Shown: positions 1-14,515, counted from the stretch's first letter. The stretch: DNA of 64,000 nucleotides from Octopus vulgaris (GCA_951406725.2 OX597816.1:106702001-106766000), one strand, 5' to 3'. Numbers and translations are program-made. The notes: generated from the letters alone by a model not told the origin.

Positions 1-18
1 ATAAATATCAATTCTTGT

Positions 19-58
<40 letters not shown>

Positions 59-686
59 GATAGTATGTACACTTATGCCTCGAACGTTTGTAGTCAAAGC
101 TTTTCCTTAAGTAATTTCATTTAACTGAACACGTTTATACTAATATATATGTAATGTATGTATACAAACATGTGTGTATGTATACATACAATTTGTGAAG
201 TTTTAACATTCGATGTTATATATTGAAGGTTAAACCGATGATTACTTTCACGTGTGCTGTATGTTGCTTTTTTTAAGTTTATTTTGATATGAATAACAAG
301 TCCGCATCCTTTTCAGTTAGTTTTCTGTGTGTGTGTAAATGAAACACATACGTGTACAACATTCTTTTTCGACTGACTTATGCACTTAATAATGCAAGGA
401 GCCATTATAGCGCATTATTAGAAATAATTTCGCACAAGAATATGGTGTTGCACCCATGCAGAAAAATGCGAGTGAATCGTTAAACTCTTAATATTTTAAA
501 TTCGGAGTTGGTGATTTTATCAGTCACATTATTCCCACGATCTTTTGGTGCAAGCGTCACCAACATGACACCATCGATTCCATCAGATTGTGGGGTAGAG
601 AATGCTTACAAAAACATTTTGAAAACTTAGAAATGTTAATAAGGAAGCAGGAACTCAAACTCGTGTCTTCCGACACACACACACAC

Positions 687-725
<39 letters not shown>

Positions 726-1613
726 TATGGACACTCACATATATATACACGCATACACACATATTTATATACATATTGTTATATTTCGGGACGGTCATTT
801 TTTTTTTGCCAAATAAACACACACACACTCAACCATACATATATAATGTGTCTATGTACCTGATTATATCTATTGTCTACCAATATACACGCACACAAAA
901 CAATATAGACATACACAAGTATATATTTGCCGGATATGATATATATATATATTGGTTTTGTGTTTATGTTTTCGTTTCTCATTGTGTTCGACGTTTTTTT
1001 GGTGTCCTGTAGCCATATATGCATGTATATATACATATAGATGTAGGTACGTACATATATGTATGTATATATGCATGTTTTATTTATTATTTTGTTATTA
1101 TATATATATATATATATAAATATATATACACACACACACACACAAATATATTTATGTACGTATTATGTTTGTTTTTGTATATGTGCGTTGGATTGTGTTC
1201 TGTAAATATGGCAGTTGCATGACAACTGTGGAGCAGGCACTTAATTAGAGAGGTCTTCAAACGAAGCTAATACAAGCAAGCTTCTATGGTTTTTAGCGAT
1301 GTTGTTGGCTGGTTAGTTGGTCGGTTTGCTCTTTGGCAAATTTAACTGCTTATTTTGTTTGGGTTTCAATACTGTGGCTTTTTAGTTTCGCAGTTTTCAA
1401 TGTCACATGTTGGGTTTTATTAAATCTTATTTTAGCGTGCACATCATTCGTTTATTTTGACTACACAGCTTTAACAAAAACTCATACACGCAGATACAGA
1501 CGACGAGCGCGCGTATGCCTATCTGCTTATCTATATAAGTGTCTTTCTATCAAAGTATTTATTCAAACACAAACACAAATACACACAGTGTATGATCTGT
1601 GTAGGCATGTGTG

Positions 1614-1679
<66 letters not shown>

Positions 1680-2810
1680 GGGATATCAAAAGTGGGGTCT
1701 GAATTCAAATCATGAAGAGAAATCTGAATGACGATGATGAGGGCAGATTCTTCGTGTCCGATATCTTGGAGAAGAGTGAAACGCCCTCAGGTGGCTATGT
1801 AAACTGAGTCTTGACGCTGTTGGGCTTTTCTTTCTGCCTGCAGTTAGTAGTTTTAAAGTGAAAGTCGGTCAATGTAATCTGATCCCACCTGGAGGTCTGA
1901 TCACAGTGGCTCAGCAGACTGAGATATCTAAGGACTAGCAAGTTGTAGGTTTTATATTGGAGTAGTCTTCACCTAGGTGAATTGCCTTACGGGGCTAGAG
2001 AGTACCACTTACTCCTGGAGTTGCCAGAAGGGTATCAAAGAGAGTACCGGACCACTTGAGGAACTTAACTCCTTGATTTGCTGTCGAAGTTGACTCCCCC
2101 AAACCTTTCTCTTTCCCAAAGCACTCTACAAGGCAATGAGAGTTTGTGTTTGGACTTTCTTCCATAACATGCTAATTAACCCAACTGAGATCCCAAGAGG
2201 TCAGAGAATACCTAGGAACAATAGTGGCTAAGAGGCAGTTCCATACTCGTCAAAACTCTGGAATTCTCGAAACAGTCGAACATTACCATTTCTGTTGCTT
2301 TGCTACTTTAAAATTACAATTTAAATATAAATAGTAGAAAATGTTGTTTAATATTAGGTTAACTTTCACCTTGCAGACCAATGGTTGTGTGTAGTTTTGC
2401 CAGCAAACATGGTAGCTCCGCTTCTCCAGATGTTATTTACAATACATTACATGCACATTCTAACACAATGGGGACAAAAACAGCCTCTCTACACACTCAC
2501 TCGGGCTACTAGAAATCACAGTCAAATTCCCTTCAAATTATAGCTCGTCGGTATTGTCGCGGCTGGAATGTCTTTTAGCACAGGTCTGTTCGACTAGGGG
2601 TGAACTGCCCCCCCCCCCCAAAAAAAAACAACACTTAGCAGTGGACACTATAAAAGAAAGGGAGCGTTGCATCAAAATAACAAGTTACCCTCACATCAGG
2701 TACCTGACCCGAATGTTTACCAAAGATATGCAAAGATCGGACGAGACGAACATTTTCAAACCCAAAAAGAGTTATATTAGTAACTAACATCATTATAAAA
2801 ATGTGTTAAC

Positions 2811-3235
2811 GTGGCGAACAGGCAGAAACCGTTAGCTTGCTGGGAAAATGCTTAGCGGCATTTCTTATATCTTTACGTTCTATGTTCAACTTCCGCTGGG
2901 GTCGACTTTGCCTTTCATCTTTCGGAAGTCGATAAAATAGAACGAGTCGAGTAGGGAGACAGATGTAATCGACAAGTGCAAATTTCAGGCATTGTGCTTG
3001 AAGAACGGACTATTAAAAAGTCTTAAGGCGTCGAATTGCCTGAATCCTGCACCGGAAAAAAGTGCTTAGTGGTATTTCTTTTAAGTTCTGAGTTCAAATT
3101 CCGCTGATGCCGACTTCGTCTTTTCCTATGTGGGGGTCGGTTAAACAAGAACCAGTTGCACAGTGGAGTTCATGTAATTGACTAACACCTTCCCACAAAC
3201 TTTCAGCCCTTGTGTATATAGCAAGAAGAATTATT
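2811..3235 (+). mobile_element. two adjacent diverged SINE family A copies
   Basis: Each has GGCAGAA..GTTAGC, GTTCAA.TTCCGC and GTCGACTTTGCCTTTCATC-like blocks. Confidence 0.8.
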
Positions 3236-3663
3236 AAAATTACCTAATACAACGGTTTTTCAAACACTAGTACCGGATTAATGCCAACTAAAATATAAAT
3301 GAAATTATTTGGTATTATCCGTTGACAAAAAGATAACAAAATTAGTTTGAATTCATATAATTTCTGTTTCTTCCCCAAATATAAGGAGTTGAAAACCAAC
3401 GTAATTCTACTAAACAGTGCAATTTGTCTGCCAATCTTTTCAATCCGAGCAATGAAAAATGGCGAATATCACAAACTCTTTACTAACGCTCAAACACGTG
3501 CGCGCGCAAGCAGACACACACGCACGCTATATGTATGTGTGTGTGTGTATATTTTTACACTATAGATAGTACATGTGTGTGTATGCATATTCCTTTATAC
3601 GTTTCAGCCCTGTAAATATAACTATATATGTGTGTATACATGTGTATATATATGTATACATGA

Positions 3664-3700
<37 letters not shown>

Positions 3701-4350
3701 GCTCATGTATACATATATATCTATATAACATACATCACACATAAGCACACAGAGCAATTGGCGGGATTCAAAAAGCTTATTTCCCATCTCACACCCCCTT
3801 CTAGCGTTACTCACCCGTGCATCTATCTTTAACAAAGACAAAGGATCCAATATCCATCCATTAAGTACATTCCACCTGACTGAATATCTTGCTTATATTG
3901 CCGCTGGCAAAATATCTCTTCAGATGGCTTTTTCAAGGCGGTAAGAGCGAACTTTGCTTTTTGAAACATGAAAGTCACAGGTTTCTTTTAACTGCTCGCG
4001 ACCAGGGCTATCCGCAAAGAGCTATGGTAACTAACATCAGAAAATTGCTAAATCCTCTACAGTTTAATCACACGGTCTCTCTTTCTCTCTCCCCCCCTCT
4101 CTCTCTCATATAATATATATATATATATATATAATTTTTATGTATGTATATTGCGCGTTACGTTCCGGGTTCGTTTGTGAATATACGCGTACATTATACC
4201 GTGCATATGTGCACATTCACACACACACACACACACACACCACACACACACACACACACACTATATTGTGTAGATACATGCACGTATGTTTATATATAAT
4301 ATATATTATACATATATGTATATAGCTGATTGTGTGTTTGAATGCATATG

Positions 4351-4351
<1 letters not shown>

Positions 4352-4388
<37 letters not shown>

Positions 4389-4562
4389 GCATATATATAT
4401 ATACATATGCATATATATATATACATATGCATATATATATATATATATACATATATGCATATATATACACATATATATATACATATACACATATGCATAT
4501 ATATATATATATATACATATATGCATATATATACACATATATATATACATATACACATATAA

Positions 4563-4592
<30 letters not shown>
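4352..4592. repeat. compound (TA)n microsatellite
   Basis: (TA)n interrupted by recurring ATGC/ACAT. Confidence 0.95.
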
Positions 4593-4593
<1 letters not shown>

Positions 4594-4987
4594 CTTTACA
4601 TATATGCATACATGTATTTATGCATACATATGTATATATGTATCTCTTTCTCTCATATATATAATCATACGTATGTCGGTGTGTGTACATAATTATACGT
4701 ATTATAGTATATTTTTATACGTACACATACATACATACATGCGCATATACGCGCACATGCATACACACATTTTGTGTGCGTGTATGTGTGCGTCTGCTTA
4801 TGCCGTACGAGGTAATATGAAAGACATCACAGATTCTTCCCACATATCTCCATCACAGCGTTACCAATTGCTTCACATCTACTTTCTATTAAATATTCTA
4901 TTTACGCCAGGAATTCTATATTTGTATATTCCTAATTTAAAGCACTTTTGACACTCTTTGTAGCTTCCATGTGTGTATCTGTACAAT

Positions 4988-5020
<33 letters not shown>

Positions 5021-5167
5021 TATACATATATATATACATACATATATATATATACATATATATATACATACATATATATATATATATACATACATATACA
5101 CATATATATACATACATATACACATATATATACATACATATACACATATATATACATACATACATAC

Positions 5168-5200
<33 letters not shown>

Positions 5201-5374
5201 CATATGTATATAAATATATATTTATACACACATATATATATATATACACACACACAATATATATATACATATACATACATACATATACATACATATATAC
5301 ATACATATATATATATACATACATATATATATATACATATACATACATATACATACATACATATATATATATAC

Positions 5375-5410
<36 letters not shown>

Positions 5411-5572
5411 ACATATACATACATATATATATATACATATACATACATATATATATACATATACATACATATATATATATACATATACATACATATATAT
5501 ATATACATATACATATATATATATATATACATATACATACATATATATATATACATATACATACATATATAT

Positions 5573-5611
<39 letters not shown>

Positions 5612-6124
5612 CATATATATATATACATACATATACATACATATATATATACATACATATATATATATACATACATATATATATATACATACACACACAT
5701 ATATATATATACATACATATATATATATACATACATATATATATATACATACATACACATACATATATATACATACACATACATATATATATATATACAT
5801 ACACATACATACACATACATACACATACATATATATATATACATACACATACATATATATATATACATACACATACATATATACATACACATACATATAT
5901 ACATACATATATATATATACATACATATGTATATATATACATATATATACATACATATGTATATATATACACATATATATATACACATACATATGTATAT
6001 ATACATACACATACATATACATATGTACATATATATACATACATATATATAGATAGATACATATATATATATACATACATATATATATATACATACATAT
6101 ATATATACATACATATATATATAT

Positions 6125-6173
<49 letters not shown>

Positions 6174-6281
6174 CATATATATATATACATACATATATAT
6201 ATACATACATATATATATACATACATATATATATACATACATATATATATACATACATATATATAAATACATACATATATA

Positions 6282-6314
<33 letters not shown>

Positions 6315-6342
6315 ATATAAAATACATAGATCAAAGGAACTG

Positions 6343-6383
<41 letters not shown>

Positions 6384-6450
6384 TACATATATATATGTAT
6401 ATACACACAAATATACGTATGTATATCAATATGTGTGTGTACACACACAC
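4988..6450. repeat. ~1.45-kb compound (TA)n/(TACA)n microsatellite
   Basis: Directly visible alternating purine-pyrimidine simple repeat. Confidence 0.97.
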
Positions 6451-7369
6451 ATCCTGTGGCACGTGCATGCATATAGTCATTTGACAAATCGACTGATGTG
6501 AATTAACACACAAACACAGTGAGAGAGTCTCTCTCCCCCTCCCTCCCCCTCTCCATTCAATTCCTCCTACACTTCTACGCTTGCTTCCACGAAAAGCCAT
6601 TGTCTATGGTGAGTAGTAAAACTCCGATTAACCGATTTTATGCACGCTATTTGTAGACAAAATCTCCCTCTATCTGTGTTAAACAGCTACAAACAAGCAA
6701 TAGATATAACCCTGAAGATTATTTGATAGAATTTTTTTGGACAACGTAAGACAATATAAATAGGGGCATAACCTATCTTTGAAGGTAAGTTGTAACTGAA
6801 TAAACTGATGTTGACATGTTTCGGTATTATTAAAGCTCGTCGGTGAATTATAGTCTATTTAATTGATAAAACATACAGAAATTTATAGCTGGGAGAAGGT
6901 GCAATAGGAGTGTTCTCCATATTAAGCCTTCCACTACATAATGAAATTAAATTTCATGCATAATTAAATCACGCCGAGAGCGCCGGAGACACTTCTCTGG
7001 AGATGTCTCCGCCGCTCTCAGCGTAAGGAGAGCTTTTCTTTTTAAGCCGTGGGGTAAAACAGCTTTCCGCGTTCAAATGGTTAAATACAGTTAATACTAC
7101 ATTTACAAAATTTCTCTTATTTCCAAACACACACACACACACACACACAAACACACACAATGCCTATTGAGTAGAATATATTTCTCTGAAGAGGTCTACT
7201 GATACTTTTAGCAGCTAATCTTCAAAACAAGATCCGTTTTCATGTCATGTTCATCGTCGTTTTTCGTGCCCTACTAGATTCAGTTAGCTGATGTTATTGG
7301 AGTTGTTTCCCTTGCTGTTTTCTAAACACCACCAGAGTGAAATTTTGTCTACTAATTGTATAAAGATAT

Positions 7370-7587
7370 CCCTCGGTCATGAAAGACCATGGGATTGCAC
7401 CCTCAAAGGCGCATGTCCGGACAAGATTGTTTATGGAAGGCCAGCAGTCGCCCATGCATACCAGCTTCTCCTCTCCACGCCACCGACTTTATTATCCAAG
7501 GGAAAGGCAACGCCGATACGACTTGGCACCAGTGGCGTCTCAACTCATTTCTGCTGTTGAATGAAGTGGAGAAACATGAGATAAAGT
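7370..7587 (-). mobile_element. SINE family C, 5'-truncated
   Basis: CGGTCATGA..GACCATGGGATTGCACC...CCAGCAGTCGCCCATGCATAC matches 60470-60690. Confidence 0.82.
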
Positions 7588-7885
7588 AGGATTTTTTTCC
7601 AACTACCTCATATATGTGTGTATGTATTTATTTTGCAGGATACTCCCTTGAGGTATTTCTAATTTTTCCTCAGTTCTATTGTCGATATACTTTGTAGTGA
7701 TTTAGTTTTTATCATATGGTATTCATTTGTTATTCATTTTAAGCCTGCCACAGCAGTATACTCAATCAGACCCGCACCGACAGATAAACGGCTACACGCA
7801 CACATATACATGCTGCAGCCTTCGTATACTAGCTATATGTGCACTAGACGTATACCAGCGACCCACCAGAAATATTATCGTAAAT

Positions 7886-8141
7886 CAGTGGTTCTCAACT
7901 GGGGTCCACATGGCCTTTAAGGGAGTCCACATAAGATTTTGCTGTTGAAATTTATGTGAAATTGGTTATACTTCTAGAATGCACAAAATAGTTTAATAAT
8001 TTTTTTTACACAATTCGTTAATAATGTGTAAATTAGAAAAATACAATTGGAGATTTTTAAACATCGAATGTTTATTAGGATCCAGGAAAGTAAAATAGGA
8101 ATCAAAGGGGTCCATAGGCAAAAGGTGGTTGAGAAACACTG
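7886..8141. mobile_element. hAT (Charlie-like) MITE
   Basis: TIRs CAGTGGTTCTCAAC / GTTGAGAAACACTG with a degenerate 8-bp TSD. Homologous to 37838-38279. Confidence 0.8.
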
Positions 8142-9407
8142 GTGCAAATTCTTTGCCCGAAACGATACCCTTTTATTACTGACGTGACCTGTATCGTTCT
8201 TCTTTCGTTGTTGAAATACTTAAAACCTTAATTTTATTAAACAAGGTTATTTGTTCGCCCCTTTTTAATCCTCAGACCCGACCCATTGAGAAATATTGCA
8301 CTAGCCAGCATCCATGTTATTAATTAAGCAATGTCTTCTAAAATAAGCATGGGCATCCGACTGCTGCAGGGACCACATGAGGCCCTTTATGACGTTTTAA
8401 TATGGCGTGCGTAATTTTGATAAACATTTTGAAACATAATCTTTAGGCTCAACTCTATTAATTTAAACAATTCCCCATCCTCCTCTCTCTCTTCCTCCCA
8501 CACACACACACTTTTATTCATTCACACTTTCCTCTTGAACAAGTTTTTATGATATTTACATAGAGTAATAATAAAAGATGTACTTAGTACTATATATGAT
8601 GTTACATTATACATTTCGTAGAGTGACCCCATTAATGATGACCAATATTCTATAAGGCTCCGTAGCTAGAAAAAGGTGGTCTATGCTTAATCTATGCCAC
8701 CCACATACTTCGTTTCTCTACATCTCTTATTCGTGCATACTTCTATCTACCTACCATACACATATATGTATGTGTGTGTGAGAGTGCATGTGTGCGTGTA
8801 AATATACTTATAAACATTCTTCAATAATTTATCGATACATTTTTACATTCAGCTTTTAATCCGTCCATGTATAATTAAAGAAAATAGTTCGTTTCATGAA
8901 AAATAAATATAAATATACAAGCAAAAGCATCGTCTTCTCGTCTTCTTTTTTATCTTATACATTCTCTGTCTTTCATTTTCTCTCTCACACTCCTCTCTTC
9001 CACAAAAATCACCCCCGCCCCATTCTCTACACAAACACCCACATACAAATTAAATATTTATGGGCAAATCAGCAGTTTTGTTTCTTTATTGGCAACCATC
9101 AAATAACTTCTGGCAACTAAAATGATAAATATATAAACTTGAAAGACTTTTGGTGTTTCTATAAATAAAATATCGGATTTGAAGGAAACTTTAGAGAGAA
9201 AATTTACACTGGAATGAGTATTCTCTTATTCTCTCGGTTTCTTGTGAACTGACAGTGTAGTTTTCCTATAAGGAGTTGAACGCTACGTTGCCAGCTCTGT
9301 TAGCTACGGAAGATTCTGCATGCACTGTACATTTATTTAATCTCTTCAGATTGAATTCCTATCGGGACTTTGACAATCATCATCAGCGTTAATTAGACCA
9401 GAGTATT

Positions 9408-9978
9408 AGTGTGGCTCTCCGTCGATTACGACGATGAGTGTTCCAGTTGATTTGGAGGATTTTTTCAATCGAATACTGGTTGAATGTGTCACGTAGAATA
9501 CGGTTTACTCTTAACGTTTTTGACAAAACTTTGTATTTTAGAAGTTATTTCGTGTTCAAGTTGTCGTATTTGGATAATTTTAACCAATCAATGACGTGCA
9601 TTTAGCCGAAAAAACTTACAGTGTTCTGCGTGACACATTCAACTAGTATCCGAAGTTTCAAACTGTTTGGTTAAAAAAAATTAATTTAAAAATCTGTGAC
9701 TGAGATTGAAAAGATCCTATTTCGATCAATGGAATAGCCAGCTCGTGAAATTAATGTGCAAATGGCTGAGCACTCCATAGACGCGCGTAGCCGTAACATA
9801 GTTCTGAGTGTGACAAGACTTGCCCTTTTGAATGACAGGTACAACTCGTTTTACCAGCTGAGTGGACTTGAGCAACGTGAAATAAAGTGTCTTACTCAAG
9901 GACACAATGCGCTGTCGGGAATCGAACTCACGACCTTACGATCGTAAACCGAATACCCTAACCACAAATCCACGCGCC
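9408..9978 (-). mobile_element. tRNA-SINE, family C head with alternative tail, interrupted by a MITE
   Basis: GAGCAACGTGAAATAAAGTGTCTTACTCAAGGACAC...GGAATCGAACTC. Homologous to 57779-58090. Confidence 0.82.
9456..9718. mobile_element. unclassified MITE nested in a SINE
   Basis: TIR AGGATTTTTTCAATC / GATTGAAAAGATCCT (14/15), plus an internal 31-bp inverted repeat (9471-9501 vs 9621-9651). It splits the SINE motif GTTCCAGTTGAT..CGATCAA. Confidence 0.68.
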
Positions 9979-10199
9979 AGGCTATTGACGTGTAACAGTT
10001 TCGTAATAGTTCGGAATTTCAAGACTATTATTTAAACTGTACTTTTCTCAGCGTTGTTTCTCATTGAAACAGCAGAGTATACTTTGTATCTTCTATACAA
10101 CGCCTCGGTTAATTCTGTTTCCTTAATTATTTTGCATATAGCCCTAGAAATTTCTTCTACCTAAGCAATCAACCATATTTTTTCCCATTTATCATCACC

Positions 10200-10630
10200 T
10201 TTTACTTGTTTCAGTCATTTGACTTCAGCCATGCTGGGGCACCGCCTTGAAGAGTTTTTAGTTGAATATATCGACCCCAGGACTTTTTTTTAAAGTATGG
10301 TACTTTTTCTATCGTTTCTTTTATCGAACTGCTAAGCTATGGGGACGCAAACACACCAACACCCGTTGTCAAACGGTGGTGGTGGACAAACACACACACA
10401 TATATGTTATATATATAGCAATGCATTTAAATTGAAGCAATGATTGCATTGTTCAATTAAATGGAGCGGGGGAAACGGTCGTATTGCATTACTACTTGAT
10501 ATCCTGTTGCTTATTTAGATATATATATATACGACGGGCTGCTTTCAGTTCCGTCTTCCAAATTCACTCACAGCGCTTTGATCGGCCTGAGGCTATATTA
10601 GAAGATACATGCCGAAGGTGCCACACAGTG
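10200..10630 (-). mobile_element. SINE family B with internal microsatellite and insertion
   Basis: TTTTACTTGTTTCAGTCATTTGACT..GCCATGCTGGGGCACCGCC ... AAGGTGCCACACAGTGG. Confidence 0.82.
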
Positions 10631-10663
10631 GTGGTACTGTATGGTGGTACTAATGTTGCATCT

Positions 10664-10834
10664 TGAGGGAGAAAAAGAGCCGCAGGGCGCCCTAACACCA
10701 CGCGGCGAAGGCATTGGATAAGGAAAGTAGACGAGAAAGTTGGATGGAATGAGACCAGAACAGTGACAGAAAGCAGAACTAGTTGAAAAGATTATCTTGC
10801 GGTCTTATGTGCCTTATGGCACGGAGAGAACTGA
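10664..10834 (+). mobile_element. RTE-like LINE 3' end remnant
   Basis: Degenerate GRPNTTRRR ... LCALWHGEN* resembles the RTE C-terminus. Confidence 0.55.
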
Positions 10835-10854
10835 CTAAATATGTGTATGGAACC

Positions 10855-11033
10855 AGTAATTTTAGGGGATGGTGTTAGTTAATGAAACACCTCGCAGTAT
10901 TTGACTGCTACTTAATTTTATCTACCCCGGAGAGATCAAAGGCAAAGTTTACTATGGTGGGATAGGACATAAAAAGCCAGAACAAATATCGCAAAGAGTT
11001 TGTTTTTTTTGTCTGACGCTCTAATGATTCTGC
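10855..11033 (-). mobile_element. SINE family A, diverged
   Basis: GATCAAAGGCAAAGTT...CGCTCTAATGATTCTGC matches the reverse complement of family A. Confidence 0.65.
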
Positions 11034-11489
11034 TAATATACCGCCCAAACTTCCTGCAAAATAATTATTTTTAATATAGTCAGCAAGCTCGACCTTTTAG
11101 GAATAACAGCTAAATCTACTTTAAATATAGAAAGCAGCAACAGTCGATTATATCGACCGAACCAGTTATCACCGGGCCTGCTAGAAATAGTAACCAAGCC
11201 TCTTTCAATCCACACAATCATCTTAGAAATGGATGCGTTGGTGCTGAATTCTCTGTACAAAGAAGAAAATGGTTCCTGTTATGATTTCTTTCATCATAGG
11301 TCTGTTTCATCAGGGTCGACCACAAGCTAAAAATAATTTTATCCGCCTCAAAATGTTGATAAAGAAATTCGACTTCAGTGAAGGGATGCAACTAAATACA
11401 TCAAAGCATTTTGCTCACCACTCCTCTAAAACTGCAACCTACTACCCTCTGAATTAAACAACGGTTTGTTTATATGAATGGAGACAGAG

Positions 11490-11770
11490 CTTCAAATTTG
11501 AGGAAAGGGTTGAAGACCGATTATATCGACTCCAGTACTTGGCTGATACTTGTCGATATCTAAGGAAGGAAGAAAGATAAAGTTGATTTCGGCGGGACTT
11601 GAATTCAGAGCATTTCGAACAATTATTTCCAACTTGGCCGTAAGTATTTTATTGGCGGCTGAAGGACTAGATGATTAAACCGACCTCAGTACTTCAATGC
11701 TACCTTTTTTTATCGATCCCGGAAAGTTGAAAGGCAAAAGTTGACCCTAACAGAATTTGAACTCGAAACC
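11490..11770 (-). mobile_element. two diverged SINE family A fragments
   Basis: TCGACTCCAGTACT and GAAAGGCAAAAGTTGACC...GAATTTGAACTC. Confidence 0.65.
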
Positions 11771-13001
11771 GTTCTCAGTTTCAATTAATAATAATGTAAC
11801 TTCTTGGCAAACCCTTCCTTATAGATTAAAAATGAAAGAAAGAAAAAAAAAACCCCGTCGATTTGACCAATCATACAACTTTAGAAAGGCTGTTATCAAT
11901 TATGAAGTTAACGACTACCTCTGCCCTTCACTCACCGCACCTTCAACACTATCGTACATTAACACTTTACTACATTTACACACACACACACACATACACA
12001 CGGTTCTGGTTCGAACGCTCTTTAATGTTCTTTCGTTGAATATGTTATCGAAGTTGCAATCTGACACCAAACCCCTACCACCAACTGCCTTTCACATCTA
12101 ATACCAGCCAACCCCCATCTGTTCCCCTTCCTTTCCTTCTCTTTATTTCTATTCCACCAGCTCCCCTTGTACTTCCTCCCCCCGCTTCTAAACCCCCTCG
12201 TCCTCTCGTCTTTCCTCTATCCGGCCATACGCCCTACCACTTTTGTTGTTTGCCTTTTTAATAAGGGGAACCAATTATTTGCATTGCAGTTTGAAGTCGT
12301 AATGAATGCAAACCCACCCGAAATGCACCCCACACCCTTATAATTCAAACAAGCTTGCTTCTAAAGACTAGGAAATAGTATTAACGGCAACGGTGGGGGT
12401 AGTGTGGTGAGTGATTATGACGACGACGATGGTGAATAGTAGTGGTAACAGTGTTTACAGTGGTGGTAACTGCTGCTGATTATTGTGGAAAAGGTAGTTG
12501 TTGACAGCGGTGGTGGGACGAGTTGAAACAGATAAAAGTGAGAATTCAAACTTGTCTACCAAGGACTAAAGAGAGGCTTGGGGAAAAAATGATTAAATAG
12601 CGAATATATTGCAAAGGCTACACCAAAAACTGTTTCCTTTCCTTCGGACATAGAATCAACTTAGTAAGTGGAGTGAAAAAGGAGGGAGCCAATAAAACCG
12701 ATTACCGAAAGAAAAAAGAGGAAGAGGAAATATTATGAGGAAAAGGAGCAAGGAGAAAAAGAAGAAAAGAGTGTCAGGAGATGTAGGTATATCTTGTCAC
12801 GATGACACCACTAGACTGATGTTAACAGAACTCCGTTTGTATTTGAACCTAGAAACGGGAGGGTTGAATCTAAATCCTATAATGAATAATCCTTTGATAC
12901 TGTTCTGTCTATCTCTGATGTATTTGTTTATTGTGACTAAGCATTAGGGGACTTATATGTTTCCAAGGGGGAGACCGAGGAATAATAATAATAATGATAA
13001 T

Positions 13002-13246
13002 GTCGGAGAAATTGGAATCGACATGAGGACAGAGCAAGCCCCAAAAAACTGCTCTATTGGGGACAGCTAGGATTTTGAGATTGGTGCTTGGATGTTGAGT
13101 GTCTTCCACGATAAGGTAACATCCAGATACCAAAACTTATAATTTGCGGAAAGAGACCTTGTGAGACCTCTGGCAACAGGTTGCTGTCCGCTCTCACATA
13201 ACCAACCAGAGCAAGTAAGACCGAGAGCTCTGAGAAGTATAATAAT
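13002..13246 (+). mobile_element. R4/Dong-clade non-LTR retrotransposon 3' fragment
   Basis: QKTALLGTARILRLVLGC* (stop 13096-13098) is the R4/Dong restriction-like endonuclease C-terminus. It is followed by a 3' UTR and flanked by (AAT)n on both sides. Confidence 0.8.
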
Positions 13247-14515
13247 TCGAGGGATTGTTACTTATCGAGAAATCCTTTTTAATCAAAAATTACCCTTGTT
13301 CTTTCACACTTTAGATCAGTGTAGAAATGCAATGACACCCTGCATGTGGTCCTGTTGGTAACGAGGACTTAATGCTGAAAATAAGCCAGTAAGTTTACAA
13401 ATACTTTACTATGCGTATGTGAAGTATCCCTAAATGACAACTTGAAACCCCTTGAAACAAGAGGAGAGTAATGTATATAGTCGCTCGACTTGCTAAAAAG
13501 TAGCAGACAAAACTTCTATAAATCACGTTCAAAGGGTTCCAAAAATAACCTTCTCATCGCAGTTCAATGAAGATCAAATAAAAAAATTACTGGCACTCTG
13601 CATAGAAAATTTTAAAAACTCCATTCTAAAGCTGACAATTTAGAAAAAATATAGGAAATTACTGCTTATTTGGTTTTATTTGTCATACTTTTGTATAATA
13701 AAATTATGACTAATAGTGTTTCAAGAAACCCAGCCATTATTAATTAGCATAGATTTTCTTAAGCTTTGAATTATATTTTAAAACATCTGCGGTGCATCAT
13801 TTGAGAACTAACAACCTAGTTTTAAAGAATAAGGAAACTATGAAAAGTGTGAACCTGGGTTCACTGGTTTTAAGAGAAAAAAGACAAGATGGTCGTTGTT
13901 GGAATGCGTTTGATCATAGGTCTACCAGATCAAAGTTGTCTAGAGAAAAATAACAATCTTGCCATCTGGGTTTCGCGAGCGTTAATATTTTGCTCTACAC
14001 TTTTCACTACCATAAGCTAACTAGACGGGTAGATAGACAGACAGACAGATAGATGGATGGATGGATAGACAGATAGACGGAAGTTGAAATTTAATCTAGA
14101 AATGCTCCGTTCAAGTACCGTTGGAGTTCTTTTGCATTTCATCCTCCTTACAGGAATGATCATTCTTCGGATCGATACAACTGATGAAACATGAAAATAT
14201 GCGTCTCGTGTACTACTGTAAGATTTAGTTCTAACCAAAAGGGTTGGGGCAACAAAGTACCATTTAACGAAAATATACAAAATGTATGAGTAAACGCATT
14301 TCTCTTTCTCCCTCTTCCGCTCTCTCTCATTCTCTCATAACGTGGGCAGACCAAAATTTTATATATTAATTATTGAATATAAAACGGTAAAGGGTTTCCA
14401 GTTCAAACTATAGATGCTAATTTAACGCAAGAAAAATCATTAAATATCTACTTTAATATTATGACAGGCACAACTTACCCTGGTTTTCAATATATACATA
14501 TATAATTACACACCG

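Noticed and set aside
4879-6501. ORFs of 359-517 aa on both strands
   Set aside because: They are translations of (TA)n/(TACA)n repeats ([12 protein letters not shown]), which lack stop codons by composition.
8344-8689. Possible second hAT MITE
   Set aside because: The terminal inverted match is weak and there is no convincing 8-bp TSD.
14181-14210. CTGATGA followed by GAAA (possible hammerhead)
   Set aside because: No stem II or stem I pairing; likely a chance match.
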